Below the pieces are notes generated by a model, which saw nothing but the letters and a program-made list of their open reading frames with translations, did not search any database and had not been told where the DNA came from. Below, piece after piece: positions 52,139 to 61,556 of a stretch of DNA of 64,000 nucleotides. Both the position numbers and the translations under genes were made by a program. Source of the stretch: Bacteroidales bacterium (lineage in GTDB: Bacteria > Bacteroidota > Bacteroidia > Bacteroidales > WCHB1-69); the NCBI GenBank assembly GCA_045598025.1, contig JAZLLH010000060.1, forward strand, positions 10,553 through 74,552, in the 5' to 3' direction. Numbering within the stretch: the stretch's first letter is position 1; each line of letters opens with the position of its first letter.

Positions 52139-54916
52139 ATGGCAACATCCGCTTCCAACAGACCCGAAAGCTTCATTCAGGAAACCGTACGGTACCTCAT
52201 CGGAAATCATTCCGATTTGCACCGATTCTGCATCATTTTGCCATCCAACCGTTCCGCCAGAGCTTTCCGTGACGAGCTGCAGAGCAGCATGAAAGGAGGT
52301 TCTCTCTTTCCTGACATCACGACCATAGCAGAATGGATGCAAACCCTGTCCGGTCTCCGCACTGCCAAGGATGAAGTGCTGCTGATGACACTGTTCGAAC
52401 TTTGCGCGGAAATGCATCCCGGAGATACCCTCTCCTTCCGCGATTTCTGCGGATACGCACGGATGCTGCTGAAGGACTTCGACGACATCGACATGTCGCT
52501 GGCTCCGGCGGACGATGTGATGGAATCCCTTCTGCAGATCAAGGAAATGGAAGCCAACATGCGGGACGGAGGCCTCTCTTCCTCCGGAAAAACACACATA
52601 CACAGCCGCTACCTCGACTTTTGCAGGGAATTGCCGCTGTATTATCACCGGCTGCGCGAACGCCTGTCTGCTCAGGGTCTGTCCTACCAGGGCATGCAGT
52701 ATAGGGAAACGCTGGACAGATTGGAAAACCGCATATCCGCCCTTCCCTACGGGAAATATGTATTTGTAGGATTCAGTGCCCTCTCCAATGCGGAAGAGGC
52801 GCTGCTGCTCCGACTGTACAGTCTGGGAAAGGCAGAACTCATCGTGGACTGTGAGCAATGGTATCTGCAGACCGATGTGCCGAACCCGGCCGGCCGTTTC
52901 ATACACCGGCTGCAATCGAAAATGCCGGTCACCGTATTCCAGCACGATTTTTTGCACGAAATGCATAAAAAAGTGGAAATCATAGGATTTCCTCAGGAAA
53001 GCACCCAGGCAGATTTTCTTCACGAACTGCTGCTGCAACTGAGACAGGAAGATCCGGAAGCCCGATGCGCCGTCGTCCTGCTGAAGGAGAACCTGCTCCT
53101 CCCCGTCCTCTATGCGCTGCCGGATGACAAAGCCAACATCAGTATGGAATATCCCGTGTACAACACAGCAGTATTTTCCCTGGTGCACCACTACCTGACG
53201 GCCCTGGAAAACAGAGACAGATTCCTCGGCGGTTCCCAGACGGAAGCCCGCATCTACCACAAGGATTTGCGCTGTTTTTTGGGAAACACCTTCTTACAGG
53301 AACGCATGCGGGCGGACGGACAGCCATCGGATTTTTCCTCCGAAACCCGCATTTTCTATACGCGGGACTCCCTGCTTGATTTTCTGGAATCGGGATCCAT
53401 GGACAAAGCAACGGCCGAACGCGTGACCGGATGGCTGTTTGCCGACCTTTCGGCCAACGAAATCCGGGCCCGTATGGAAGATATGCTGACCTACCTCGAC
53501 GACGAGCACATGCAGGAAACGCACCGGGCCATGATCACGCAACTGCGGAAATCCCTGCAGGAAATCTTCCCCATCTGCGAACACATTCCGGACGCGGACA
53601 TTTCCTCCCTGCGCTATCTGCTGGAGAACCTGGTATCTGCCATCACTTTTCCTTTTGAGAGCGAACACAGCAGCCGCCTTCAGATCAACGGAATGTTGGA
53701 AACCAGAGTACTGGATTTCGACCATGTCATCCTGCTGTCTGCCAATGAAGGGGTTCTGCCGAACAGAAAGGCATCCCAGACCCTGATTCCCTTCGATGTC
53801 CGAAGATACTATGACCTGCCTACTTATCAGAATCACGAGGCGGTAATGACCTATCACTTCTTCCGCCTGCTGCAGCGGGCCAGCCGTATTTTCCTTGCCT
53901 ATAACATGGATGACCGGGAAGAAGTCCGGGAAAAAAGCCGGCTGCTACAGCAGATTTCCCTGTACTGGAAAAATCAGGAAAATGTGGAAATCAGGGAAAG
54001 AATCTGTGCCTTGCCCCAGCCCGTCCGGCATGCACAGGAAGACATCCGCATTCCGAAAAGCGGGGCTCTGATGGAAAAACTGCAGCGGATGGATTTTTCA
54101 CCCAGCCTGATCAATCTGTACCTGGAATGTCCGCTGAAATTCTGTTTCCGATACCTGCTGAAACTGAATCCCCCCACCGAACCGGAAGAGGAAATACAGG
54201 CCAACACCATGGGAACGGTCATACACCATATTCTGGAAAAACGGCTGCAGCCCGGAGCCCTGGACCTGGATACAAAACACCTGAGAGAAGAAGTCATCGG
54301 AGCTTTCTGTGACAAAAACCTCTGCGGTATCGTCCTCAAACCGGAAGATGTGCTGCACGAAAAAAACCGTCTGATACTGGAATTGTCACTGCGCTACCTC
54401 CGGGATTACCTCCTCCACTTCCAGAAAGAAGTGGAAAAAAACGGAAATCCGGTACTGAAAGTGGAAGAAAAAATCAGCAGCAGCCTGGAAATCGGAGACA
54501 GAATCATCCGACTCACGGGATTCATAGACCGCATGGATGCTGAAAACAGTATTCTGCGCGTAATCGACTACAAAACAGGATTTTTCGATCCAAAATCTCT
54601 TCGTTTGGAAAACGCGGCTGAACTTTTTGACGGAAAGCACAAGGAAGCCCTGCAACTGATGCTGTACATGTTTGTCAAACATCGGGAGGAACGGATTCCT
54701 CAATTGCAGGCTCAGATTGTTTCCTTCCAGCATCCCAAAGAGACCTGCCTGCTTTCCGTACACGACAGAAACATATTTTCACAGGAAGATTTCCAGACTT
54801 TCGAACACAGCCTCTGCGAATTCATCGGAAGAATGTTCGACACTTCCGAGGATTTCACCTGCATACGGGAAGAGATGCATTGTGACTATTGCGATTTCAA
54901 AAGCCTGTGCTTCTGA
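52139..54916 (+). CDS. AddB-like PD-(D/E)XK nuclease with C-terminal Fe-S cysteine motif
   Basis: ORF 52076-54916. The likely start is ATG 52139 (MATSASNRPESF). The C-terminal nuclease block is GFIDRMD...VIDYKTG (D...D/E-x-K). A Cys in ECPLKFCF plus the terminal CDYCDFKSLC (C-x2-C-x5-C) matches the AddB iron-staple pattern. Confidence 0.75.
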   Translation: MATSASNRPESFIQETVRYLIGNHSDLHRFCIILPSNRSARAFRDELQSSMKGGSLFPDITTIAEWMQTLSGLRTAKDEVLLMTLFELCAEMHPGDTLSFRDFCGYARMLLKDFDDIDMSLAPADDVMESLLQIKEMEANMRDGGLSSSGKTHIHSRYLDFCRELPLYYHRLRERLSAQGLSYQGMQYRETLDRLENRISALPYGKYVFVGFSALSNAEEALLLRLYSLGKAELIVDCEQWYLQTDVPNPAGRFIHRLQSKMPVTVFQHDFLHEMHKKVEIIGFPQESTQADFLHELLLQLRQEDPEARCAVVLLKENLLLPVLYALPDDKANISMEYPVYNTAVFSLVHHYLTALENRDRFLGGSQTEARIYHKDLRCFLGNTFLQERMRADGQPSDFSSETRIFYTRDSLLDFLESGSMDKATAERVTGWLFADLSANEIRARMEDMLTYLDDEHMQETHRAMITQLRKSLQEIFPICEHIPDADISSLRYLLENLVSAITFPFESEHSSRLQINGMLETRVLDFDHVILLSANEGVLPNRKASQTLIPFDVRRYYDLPTYQNHEAVMTYHFFRLLQRASRIFLAYNMDDREEVREKSRLLQQISLYWKNQENVEIRERICALPQPVRHAQEDIRIPKSGALMEKLQRMDFSPSLINLYLECPLKFCFRYLLKLNPPTEPEEEIQANTMGTVIHHILEKRLQPGALDLDTKHLREEVIGAFCDKNLCGIVLKPEDVLHEKNRLILELSLRYLRDYLLHFQKEVEKNGNPVLKVEEKISSSLEIGDRIIRLTGFIDRMDAENSILRVIDYKTGFFDPKSLRLENAAELFDGKHKEALQLMLYMFVKHREERIPQLQAQIVSFQHPKETCLLSVHDRNIFSQEDFQTFEHSLCEFIGRMFDTSEDFTCIREEMHCDYCDFKSLCF

Positions 54917-55340
54917 TGGCTTCCGTTTCAAACCCTCGAGCGAAGAGATAAGACCTCAACTTCCATTCCTGCTCTTCCGGTGCGAGATGCGAATGGGTGC
55001 GTTTCCAGGAATCCGCCACTCGGGCGATGGTTTCTGCATAATCTGAGAAATCCGTATTTTCCATGGCGTAACGAACACATCGATCGGATATTCCCTCTTG
55101 CCGGAGGGCGGCTGCTATTTTCATCCTTCCCCAGCGCTTGATGCGGTAGTGCCCGGACACAAAAGCCATTGCATAGCGCGATTCATTGAGAAAATTTTCG
55201 GAAATCAGTTCGGCAATCACTGCTTCGGAATCCCTCTCGGAGACGCCCCAAACAGACAGACGACGCCTCACCTCCTGTTGACTGCGTTCCTGATAGGCAC
55301 AATATTTTTCAGCCCGTACCAGTGCTTCCGTATAGGTCAT
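54897..55340 (-). CDS. recX: Recombination regulator RecX
   Basis: 147 aa with KYCAYQERSQQEVRRRL, FLNESRYAMAFVSGHYRIKRWGRMKIAAALRQEGIS and a RecX three-repeat layout. Its 3' end overlaps the convergent nuclease gene by 20 nt. Confidence 0.85.
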   Translation of the reverse strand: MTYTEALVRAEKYCAYQERSQQEVRRRLSVWGVSERDSEAVIAELISENFLNESRYAMAFVSGHYRIKRWGRMKIAAALRQEGISDRCVRYAMENTDFSDYAETIARVADSWKRTHSHLAPEEQEWKLRSYLFARGFETEAIRSTGF

Positions 55341-55343
55341 ATC

Positions 55344-56648
55344 CTATTGTCTGACAAGATTTCCGCTGCAGACAGGCTGTCCGCCGTACAGCACACGGTA
55401 CAGATAAACGCCCTGCGGCATTCCATCCAAAGACAAAACGGTTTCTTCCTCATTCAAGATGCGGTCAAGCACCTTGCGACCATCTGCCGCATAGAGCTGG
55501 AGCAAAGCACCGAGCCACTGTTTGTCAATGCGGATATTCCACTGTGCGTTGGCAGGATTCGGATAGGTACGGAACATGCCGGTTCCGAAATCCGCAATGG
55601 ATTCCGCCGTATCCTGTACAGTGAAATGCAATGTATAGACATGATTGGAGACGCCGTCTTCGGCAGTCAGGCGAATTTCGGCAGTAGCTCCGTCCACTCC
55701 TTTTTCCGAAGGTGTGTAAACCAGGGTATCGTATATGTCGGAAACTTCCTTTGTATAAGTAATTTCCGGTACGTAATCTGCCGGTGTACCGGCAGGCAGC
55801 AGAATGTCATACGACAGGCGGGACTTCTCAAAACCGGCCAAAGGCAGAGAATCCATCTGTATGCCGTTCAGCCAGGAACTGTATATCAGTTCAATGTCGT
55901 CCACAGAAAGTTCATTGCCGATGTGGCCGCCCAAAATGGAAGAATCCGAGGCCAAATAAATCAGTATGTAGCGAGGCTCAGCCGTTCCAGAATAGGAAAA
56001 GGGAATTTTCAGCTGTGTCCAATGGGTAGCCGGAGCCAAGGTATCCGTACGAGGCAACAGGTAATTGATGCAGGCCGTGTACAGCGAGGAATCCTGAATA
56101 TGGTTCATGTATTGGAAATCTGTATCCCCGTGAATATAGGCCACAATGCGGGCTCTGGAGGTATCCGCCTCCACTGCGTAATATTTCACCCACAGATAGA
56201 GGGAATCCGGAGTGGCCTGCAACGGATGACAGAACCTGGAATCCGTCCTTTCCGTGGAAAAATAGTTGAGGGGTGAAAAAACAGAAATGGAACCTATGTT
56301 GAAACGTCCGTTGCTCACCAGACCGCTCACTGCCATGGAGATGCCTCCACCATTGACATTGCGCGTCTGCAGCGTCAGATAGCTTTTGCCGCTTCCTCCC
56401 GGCCGACAGCCTTCGCTACGATCGTGCACGGAAGTGCTGTGGATGATGTCGGATATGATTTTGCTATAGGCAGAAGGAAGTCCGACAATCTGACAAACAG
56501 AGGAATTATAGGAATTCCATCCCAAAGGAAGGCTGAAACTGTCTGTGTCCCAATATTCGAAACCGGCATTGTCCAACTGATACGTCTGGGCGTTCGTGCA
56601 GGATATACCTGCAATGACAAATAAAACAATGATGAGATTTTTTTTCAT
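55344..56648 (-). CDS. T9SS-secreted protein, N-terminal domain resembling PCMD (putative carbohydrate metabolism domain) proteins
   Basis: 434 aa with a signal peptide (MKKNLIIVLFVIAGISCTNAQ). It has LDNAGFEYWDTDSFSLPLGWNSYN. The C-terminus FRTYPNPANAQWNIRI...GVYLYRVLYGGQPVCSGNLVRQ is a T9SS tail. The PCMD assignment is from memory only. Confidence 0.65.
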   Translation of the reverse strand: MKKNLIIVLFVIAGISCTNAQTYQLDNAGFEYWDTDSFSLPLGWNSYNSSVCQIVGLPSAYSKIISDIIHSTSVHDRSEGCRPGGSGKSYLTLQTRNVNGGGISMAVSGLVSNGRFNIGSISVFSPLNYFSTERTDSRFCHPLQATPDSLYLWVKYYAVEADTSRARIVAYIHGDTDFQYMNHIQDSSLYTACINYLLPRTDTLAPATHWTQLKIPFSYSGTAEPRYILIYLASDSSILGGHIGNELSVDDIELIYSSWLNGIQMDSLPLAGFEKSRLSYDILLPAGTPADYVPEITYTKEVSDIYDTLVYTPSEKGVDGATAEIRLTAEDGVSNHVYTLHFTVQDTAESIADFGTGMFRTYPNPANAQWNIRIDKQWLGALLQLYAADGRKVLDRILNEEETVLSLDGMPQGVYLYRVLYGGQPVCSGNLVRQ

Positions 56649-56671
56649 GAATATTTTTTGTTTTTGACATA

Positions 56672-58918
56672 TTACAAAATCAATTCTCCGCTGTCCGCAT
56701 CCAGCAACAGAGTCTGCATGGGACGGAGCTGTACCTCGACCTGACGGCCATTGCGCAAACGTATGCTGCGGACACCGCCTTCGGCCGTATGTATCATCAG
56801 CAGACCGGATCCGGCAATGACAGCATCTCCGGATTCATCGTAGATGTGACAGCCGGCCCTGCGGAACAGCTGCTGCCAGAGCCCGGAAGTCATCAGAGGC
56901 AGGGAAAAGAAATAATCCGTGGACTGTTCCTGTACCCTGCAGGCAGCCGCCACACGGGCAGGAGACATTGTATCGAAAATGGCCAAAGTTTCGGTACGGG
57001 CATCCCGGATGGCGAAGAACACCTGGGGTCGGGCCTTCACACTGTCTCCCTGATTCATAAAAATGGTTTTTCCGACTTCTGCAATCTTTTCGCCTTTTTG
57101 CAGACTATCCCCCAGGGCAGTACAGAAACGGATATCCGGAATACGGGTATCGTAAAAAGTATCCAGCTGCATGCCGACGGTTTCCGACACATGACGCACA
57201 TCCAACGTGCGACCGTCATTGTAGCCCGGAGCGGTCAGCCAGATGAGGCTGCGTCCGTCTTTGGCCACGTTCTTCCTTATCCACTGCCGCTGTTCGGGCG
57301 TCAGCAGAAAGCAGTTGACAAAAACCACGGCCTTGTACGAAGCCAAAGGCATCTGCATCAAATCCGAGAGGTAACAGGTAGCCACCGACGCCCCGGACTT
57401 GAAGGCTTCTATAGGCACCACATTGACCGAGGTCTGATCCGTTATGGGGTCATCCACATCACGGGAAGCTGTATGCAGAAATACCTTGGTATCAAACACC
57501 ATCAATACATCTGCCGGACTGTCCTGTTCCTTATGGAAATAACGTTCTTCCACCTTGTGGATGCCGGCGATTTCCGACATATAGTCCGGATCATCCCACC
57601 AGCCGGTGTTCATCAGCGGACCGAAATCGTAAAACCACATGCCGCCTCCGCGCAGGAAAGGATTCAGCACAAACTTACGCATCATCTGTATGCTTTCCTC
57701 CTTGGGATAGGTTTGGAGACCGCCAAGGTATACATAACCCAGATGCGTCGGCTGATCCATTTCGTCCAACCAGAGTTTGCCGTGCAAATTGACGGATTCG
57801 ATCAGTCCGCGGGACAAGGCGGGTCCGCCGGGTTTGCGGCAGTTTTTGTTATAGGCTTGGGGGGCGCACAGAAAATCAATATAAGGCGAAGTCAGAATAT
57901 CCTGCTCACACAAATGTCCTCCGGCCGCCTGACGGCCAAAAAGAGAAAGATAATAACCATAGAAACAGCCCACAGTAATAGGACGCGGCCATTCTTTTTT
58001 CACCACTTCGGCAAAAGCGAGCGCGCTGCGGGTCACCGAACGGTGCAGGCATTCATAATAATCGGACACGGCCTGCTCCCTCTGCGGATCCCGGTAAATA
58101 CCAGCCGAAGTCTCATGCCGTTCCATTCCGGGAAGAACCAGATGATCCAGAGAGGCTTCCGTATCGTTCCAGGCTTTGCGTAACGCTTTGTCCGAACCGT
58201 ATTTTTCTTTCAAAAAAAGCCGGAAATACTGACGCATGGGTTCGGACACATCCGGATCGTGCTTCACGAAGGCCCAATTGTGGTTTTCTCCATTCAGACC
58301 ATTGGCTATCTGTATCCCCATCAGATGATGACCTTCCGGTGTAGCAGCAAACTGACGGCAGAATTCGGCCAGCAGACCTTCCATCCACTGCTGCCATTCA
58401 ACGGAAGCGTAACTGCAGCGAGGCACTGTATTCAAATCCTGCCAGAGATAGTTCTGATGGGACGGGCGATAAGGTTCCGGCTGCAAGGTATCATCAGCAA
58501 AACGACAACACTCTTCCGGATGTTGTTTCAGCCACCAGAAAGGCGGGTTCACATGCAAGCGGAACATCACGGCAGCGTCGGGACAATGCTGCAACACGCC
58601 CTGCACCTGCCGGCGGGCCTCCGCTATATCCAGGACCCCGTTTTCGGGAAGCATTTCTTCGAACCACAAGTCCAGCTGATACAGTTTGAATCCGGCCTGA
58701 GCAAACTGACGGATGTGTTGGGAGGGCTGTGCCTCATAGGAACGGTTTCCCGTCGGACGGTCCGTCAGTGCGTAGAATTGCGGCAAGGTTGGCACATCAT
58801 TGAGATACAGTGCCGGACGGCCTTTGTACATTTTCACTTCAGCTTTGTCCACCGTCTGCGCACCCGTAGCGGATGCACACAGAGACAGAACGATGAGTAA
58901 GAAGTTGCGGATGTTCAT
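56672..58918 (-). CDS. Secreted putative glycoside hydrolase with GH42-like layout
   Basis: 748 aa with a signal peptide (MNIRNFLLIVLSLCASATGAQ). The N-terminal region has a TIM-barrel-like pattern (FRLHVNPPFWWLKQHPEE, IANGLNGENHNW, LFLKEKYGSDKALRKAWND). The middle alpha/beta region (YKAVVFVNCFLLTPEQRQWIRKNVAKDGRSLIW) resembles the GH42 trimerisation domain. This is a fold-level resemblance only. Confidence 0.55.
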   Translation of the reverse strand: MNIRNFLLIVLSLCASATGAQTVDKAEVKMYKGRPALYLNDVPTLPQFYALTDRPTGNRSYEAQPSQHIRQFAQAGFKLYQLDLWFEEMLPENGVLDIAEARRQVQGVLQHCPDAAVMFRLHVNPPFWWLKQHPEECCRFADDTLQPEPYRPSHQNYLWQDLNTVPRCSYASVEWQQWMEGLLAEFCRQFAATPEGHHLMGIQIANGLNGENHNWAFVKHDPDVSEPMRQYFRLFLKEKYGSDKALRKAWNDTEASLDHLVLPGMERHETSAGIYRDPQREQAVSDYYECLHRSVTRSALAFAEVVKKEWPRPITVGCFYGYYLSLFGRQAAGGHLCEQDILTSPYIDFLCAPQAYNKNCRKPGGPALSRGLIESVNLHGKLWLDEMDQPTHLGYVYLGGLQTYPKEESIQMMRKFVLNPFLRGGGMWFYDFGPLMNTGWWDDPDYMSEIAGIHKVEERYFHKEQDSPADVLMVFDTKVFLHTASRDVDDPITDQTSVNVVPIEAFKSGASVATCYLSDLMQMPLASYKAVVFVNCFLLTPEQRQWIRKNVAKDGRSLIWLTAPGYNDGRTLDVRHVSETVGMQLDTFYDTRIPDIRFCTALGDSLQKGEKIAEVGKTIFMNQGDSVKARPQVFFAIRDARTETLAIFDTMSPARVAAACRVQEQSTDYFFSLPLMTSGLWQQLFRRAGCHIYDESGDAVIAGSGLLMIHTAEGGVRSIRLRNGRQVEVQLRPMQTLLLDADSGELIL

Positions 58919-58944
58919 AAAACGATATTTGGCTACTTTTTTTG

Positions 58945-58952
58945 CAAAAGTA
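58945..58952 (-). promoter_or_regulatory. Bacteroidetes-type -7 promoter box (TAnnTTTG)
   Basis: The minus strand reads TACTTTTG, 26 nt upstream of ATG 58918. It lies inside a 9-bp inverted repeat, GCTACTTTT (58932-58940) / AAAAGTAGC (58946-58954). Confidence 0.55.
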
Positions 58953-59041
58953 GCATTTTTTCCTCAATGAATACACGCTACGCCCTATTTTTTTGCAAAG
59001 ATTTTTTCCCCTTACATTAAAAAAGGTATCTATATTTGGCC

Positions 59042-59049
59042 TATATTTG
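59042..59049 (+). promoter_or_regulatory. Bacteroidetes-type -7 promoter box (TAnnTTTG)
   Basis: TATATTTG lies 20 nt upstream of the trkA ATG at 59070. Confidence 0.55.
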
Positions 59050-59069
59050 CAGTTTTAAAGATTTAAGTC

Positions 59070-59756
59070 ATGCAAGCAGGAAAATTCGCCGTCATCGGCA
59101 TCGGAAATTTCGGTAAATCAATTGCTATCAATCTGGCCCGCAAAGGAGCTGAAGTGATGGCTATCGACAATAACTACGAAAAGATAGAAAACATCAGCGA
59201 AGATGTATCCTATGCCGTCACCCTGAATGCCACAGACCGCAGGGCGCTGCTGTCTCAGGACATCGCCAGTTTCGATGCTGTCATCGTGGCCATAGGCAAT
59301 CCTTTCGAGCAGCGGCTACTGTGCGTAGCCCTGTTGCTGGATTTCGGTGTCAAGCGCATCATCTGCCGCGCCGTGGGCCGAAATCAGCGTTTCATACTGA
59401 ACAAAATGGGTGTCACGGAAATCATTTCCCCCGAACAGGAAGTGGGCTTTTCCGTTGCTCGCCGGCTGATGAACCCGAGCCTTGTATCCTATCTGGATCT
59501 TCCGGACGATTACAGCGTAGTGGAAATCATCGCGCCCAAGCACATCTGCAACATGGAGTACGGACAAATCGATTTCCGGGACAAATACAAACTCAGCCTC
59601 ATCACCATCCGACGCAACGTGGAGGAATGGGGAGGCCAGAAACGACAGCATGTGCTCGGCGTCCCCGACACCAAAACCATACTGCTGAAGGATGACATCC
59701 TGGTGCTTTTCGGAAAAAACAAAGACATCGAAAAATTCGTTGAAATAAACAACTAG
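59070..59756 (+). CDS. trkA: Trk system potassium uptake protein TrkA (RCK/NAD-binding)
   Basis: 228 aa with FAVIGIGNFGKSIAINLARKGAEVMAID (Rossmann) and an RCK_C-like C-terminus. Confidence 0.85.
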   Translation: MQAGKFAVIGIGNFGKSIAINLARKGAEVMAIDNNYEKIENISEDVSYAVTLNATDRRALLSQDIASFDAVIVAIGNPFEQRLLCVALLLDFGVKRIICRAVGRNQRFILNKMGVTEIISPEQEVGFSVARRLMNPSLVSYLDLPDDYSVVEIIAPKHICNMEYGQIDFRDKYKLSLITIRRNVEEWGGQKRQHVLGVPDTKTILLKDDILVLFGKNKDIEKFVEINN

Positions 59757-59762
59757 CAGGAA

Positions 59763-61556
59763 ATGAAATCGCTGCGACAGCATCGGGAAGATATCAAATT
59801 CTTCATTTGGGATTACATCGACAAGGTGCATGACACTTTCAAGATCATCAGTATCTTCGTGTCGTTTTTCACCATCGGTGTGATTGCCTACTACTTTGGA
59901 TATCCCCAGACAAAGTCCAGTACAACAATATGTAAAGCACTTATTCACTGTAGTTTACTTTTCTATGTGGTGAAATACTTAAGTTGCGCTTTCTTCTCGG
60001 TACACACCACACACTACCTTCGGAAAAACAAACTGGAAGGGATTGTCGTATTGTGCATCATCTTCTGGTTCATTTTCCGCTTTCTGATTCTCTCCAGCCT
60101 CAATTCCTCGGAAGAAATCAGCGATTTGAGCGACATTTCCATGCTGCTGGTGCAGATTTACTTTTTCTTCATGATGATCTTTGAACTGTCCAATATGGGA
60201 CACGTTTTCAACCGTTTTCAATTTGGTCCCCGCGGATGGATGATCGGTTCCTTTCTGTTGCTGATATCGGCCGGCACCATCCTGCTGATGCTGCCGGAAA
60301 TGACCACCGGCGGCATTTCCTTCATCGATGCCCTGTTTACAGCCACCAGCGCCAGCAATATCACGGGACTGACCGTATTGGACACCAGCAGTGCCTTTAC
60401 CTTGAAAGGCCAGTTTGTCCTGCTGCTGCTGATGCAATTGGGAGGCATCAACATCATCTGTTTTGCCACCTTCCTGTCAACATCCTACAAGGAAAGCAAA
60501 ATCCGCACGCAGTCCGTACTGCAAGGCATACTGAGCACCTCCTATTCCGGTTCTCGCACCATGTTGCGTACCATTCTGGGACTGACATTCTGCATCGAAC
60601 TGATCGGATTCCTGCTATTGTTCTTTTACTGGAACCACAATCACTACTATAGCGATTCGCTGACCCACAACTTGTTCCTGGCCGCCTTCCACTCTGTGGC
60701 CGCCTTCAACAACTCGGGTATTTCCATACTGGAAGACGGGATGATGAACCCGCTTTTTCTCCATGACTACTACATTCAGTGGGTCACACTCATCATGTTT
60801 TCCCTGGGAAGCCTCGGCTTTGTTACCCTGCACGACATCTTCAGCAATTGTCTGCAGCACTACAAGGGAAAAGGATTCTGGAAACAGCTGAAGATTACCT
60901 CCCGCATCATCATCATCGTATCTGCAGGACTCGTGCTGGTCGGAACGCTCTGTTTCTTTCTCTTCGAATACAACAACACCTGCGAGGGCATGAGCTTGGG
61001 AGAGCGGAGCATGCATGCTCTTTTCATGGCCTCTTCGGCCCGTTCTTCGGGATTCAGTACGGTGGACACTTCCCAACTTGCCTTACCGACCATCATCATC
61101 TTCCTGCTGCTGATGTTTGTCGGAAGCTCGCCCACCTCTACCGGAGGCGGTATCAAGGTGACCACTTTCTACATCCTAATCAAGTCGGCCATCGCTACCA
61201 TACAGAACAAAAAGCAGGTAACCATCGCCAACCGCTCCATTCCTGGAAACCTGATTGACAAATCCTACACCGTCATTATGCTGGCTTTGGGACTCATTGT
61301 CGGAAGCACCCTGATTATTTCCCTTTCCGATCCACAGTTCCACTTGGAACAAATTCTGTTTGAGGTCACTTCTGCCCTCGGCAACGTGGGTCTGTCCGTC
61401 AATATCTGCTCTTCTATGAGCCAATTGGGCAAACTGGTGCTGACGCTGCTGATGTTCATCGGACGCATCACCATCCTGACCATGGCGATTTCGGTCACCC
61501 GGAAAGCCAGCCGCAATTATACCTTAGTAACCACCAATAACCTGAGTATTTCCTGA
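59763..61556 (+). CDS. trkH: TrkH family potassium uptake protein with ~110-aa N-terminal extension
   Basis: 597 aa and polytopic. Selectivity-filter-like motifs include TGLTV, NNSGIS, SSGFST and [10 protein letters not shown]. It has extra N-terminal TM helices compared with the ~480-aa length I expect. Confidence 0.85.
   Translation: MKSLRQHREDIKFFIWDYIDKVHDTFKIISIFVSFFTIGVIAYYFGYPQTKSSTTICKALIHCSLLFYVVKYLSCAFFSVHTTHYLRKNKLEGIVVLCIIFWFIFRFLILSSLNSSEEISDLSDISMLLVQIYFFFMMIFELSNMGHVFNRFQFGPRGWMIGSFLLLISAGTILLMLPEMTTGGISFIDALFTATSASNITGLTVLDTSSAFTLKGQFVLLLLMQLGGINIICFATFLSTSYKESKIRTQSVLQGILSTSYSGSRTMLRTILGLTFCIELIGFLLLFFYWNHNHYYSDSLTHNLFLAAFHSVAAFNNSGISILEDGMMNPLFLHDYYIQWVTLIMFSLGSLGFVTLHDIFSNCLQHYKGKGFWKQLKITSRIIIIVSAGLVLVGTLCFFLFEYNNTCEGMSLGERSMHALFMASSARSSGFSTVDTSQLALPTIIIFLLLMFVGSSPTSTGGGIKVTTFYILIKSAIATIQNKKQVTIANRSIPGNLIDKSYTVIMLALGLIVGSTLIISLSDPQFHLEQILFEVTSALGNVGLSVNICSSMSQLGKLVLTLLMFIGRITILTMAISVTRKASRNYTLVTTNNLSIS

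Noticed and set aside
52055-53260. 401-aa minus-strand ORF opposite the AddB-like nuclease gene
   Set aside because: It is an antisense shadow. It has no motifs and it crosses the nuclease promoter region.
55098-58183. 392-aa (55098-56276) and 464-aa (56789-58183) plus-strand ORFs
   Set aside because: Both are antisense shadows of the minus-strand T9SS protein, recX and the GH42-like gene. The minus-strand products have signal peptides and domain features.
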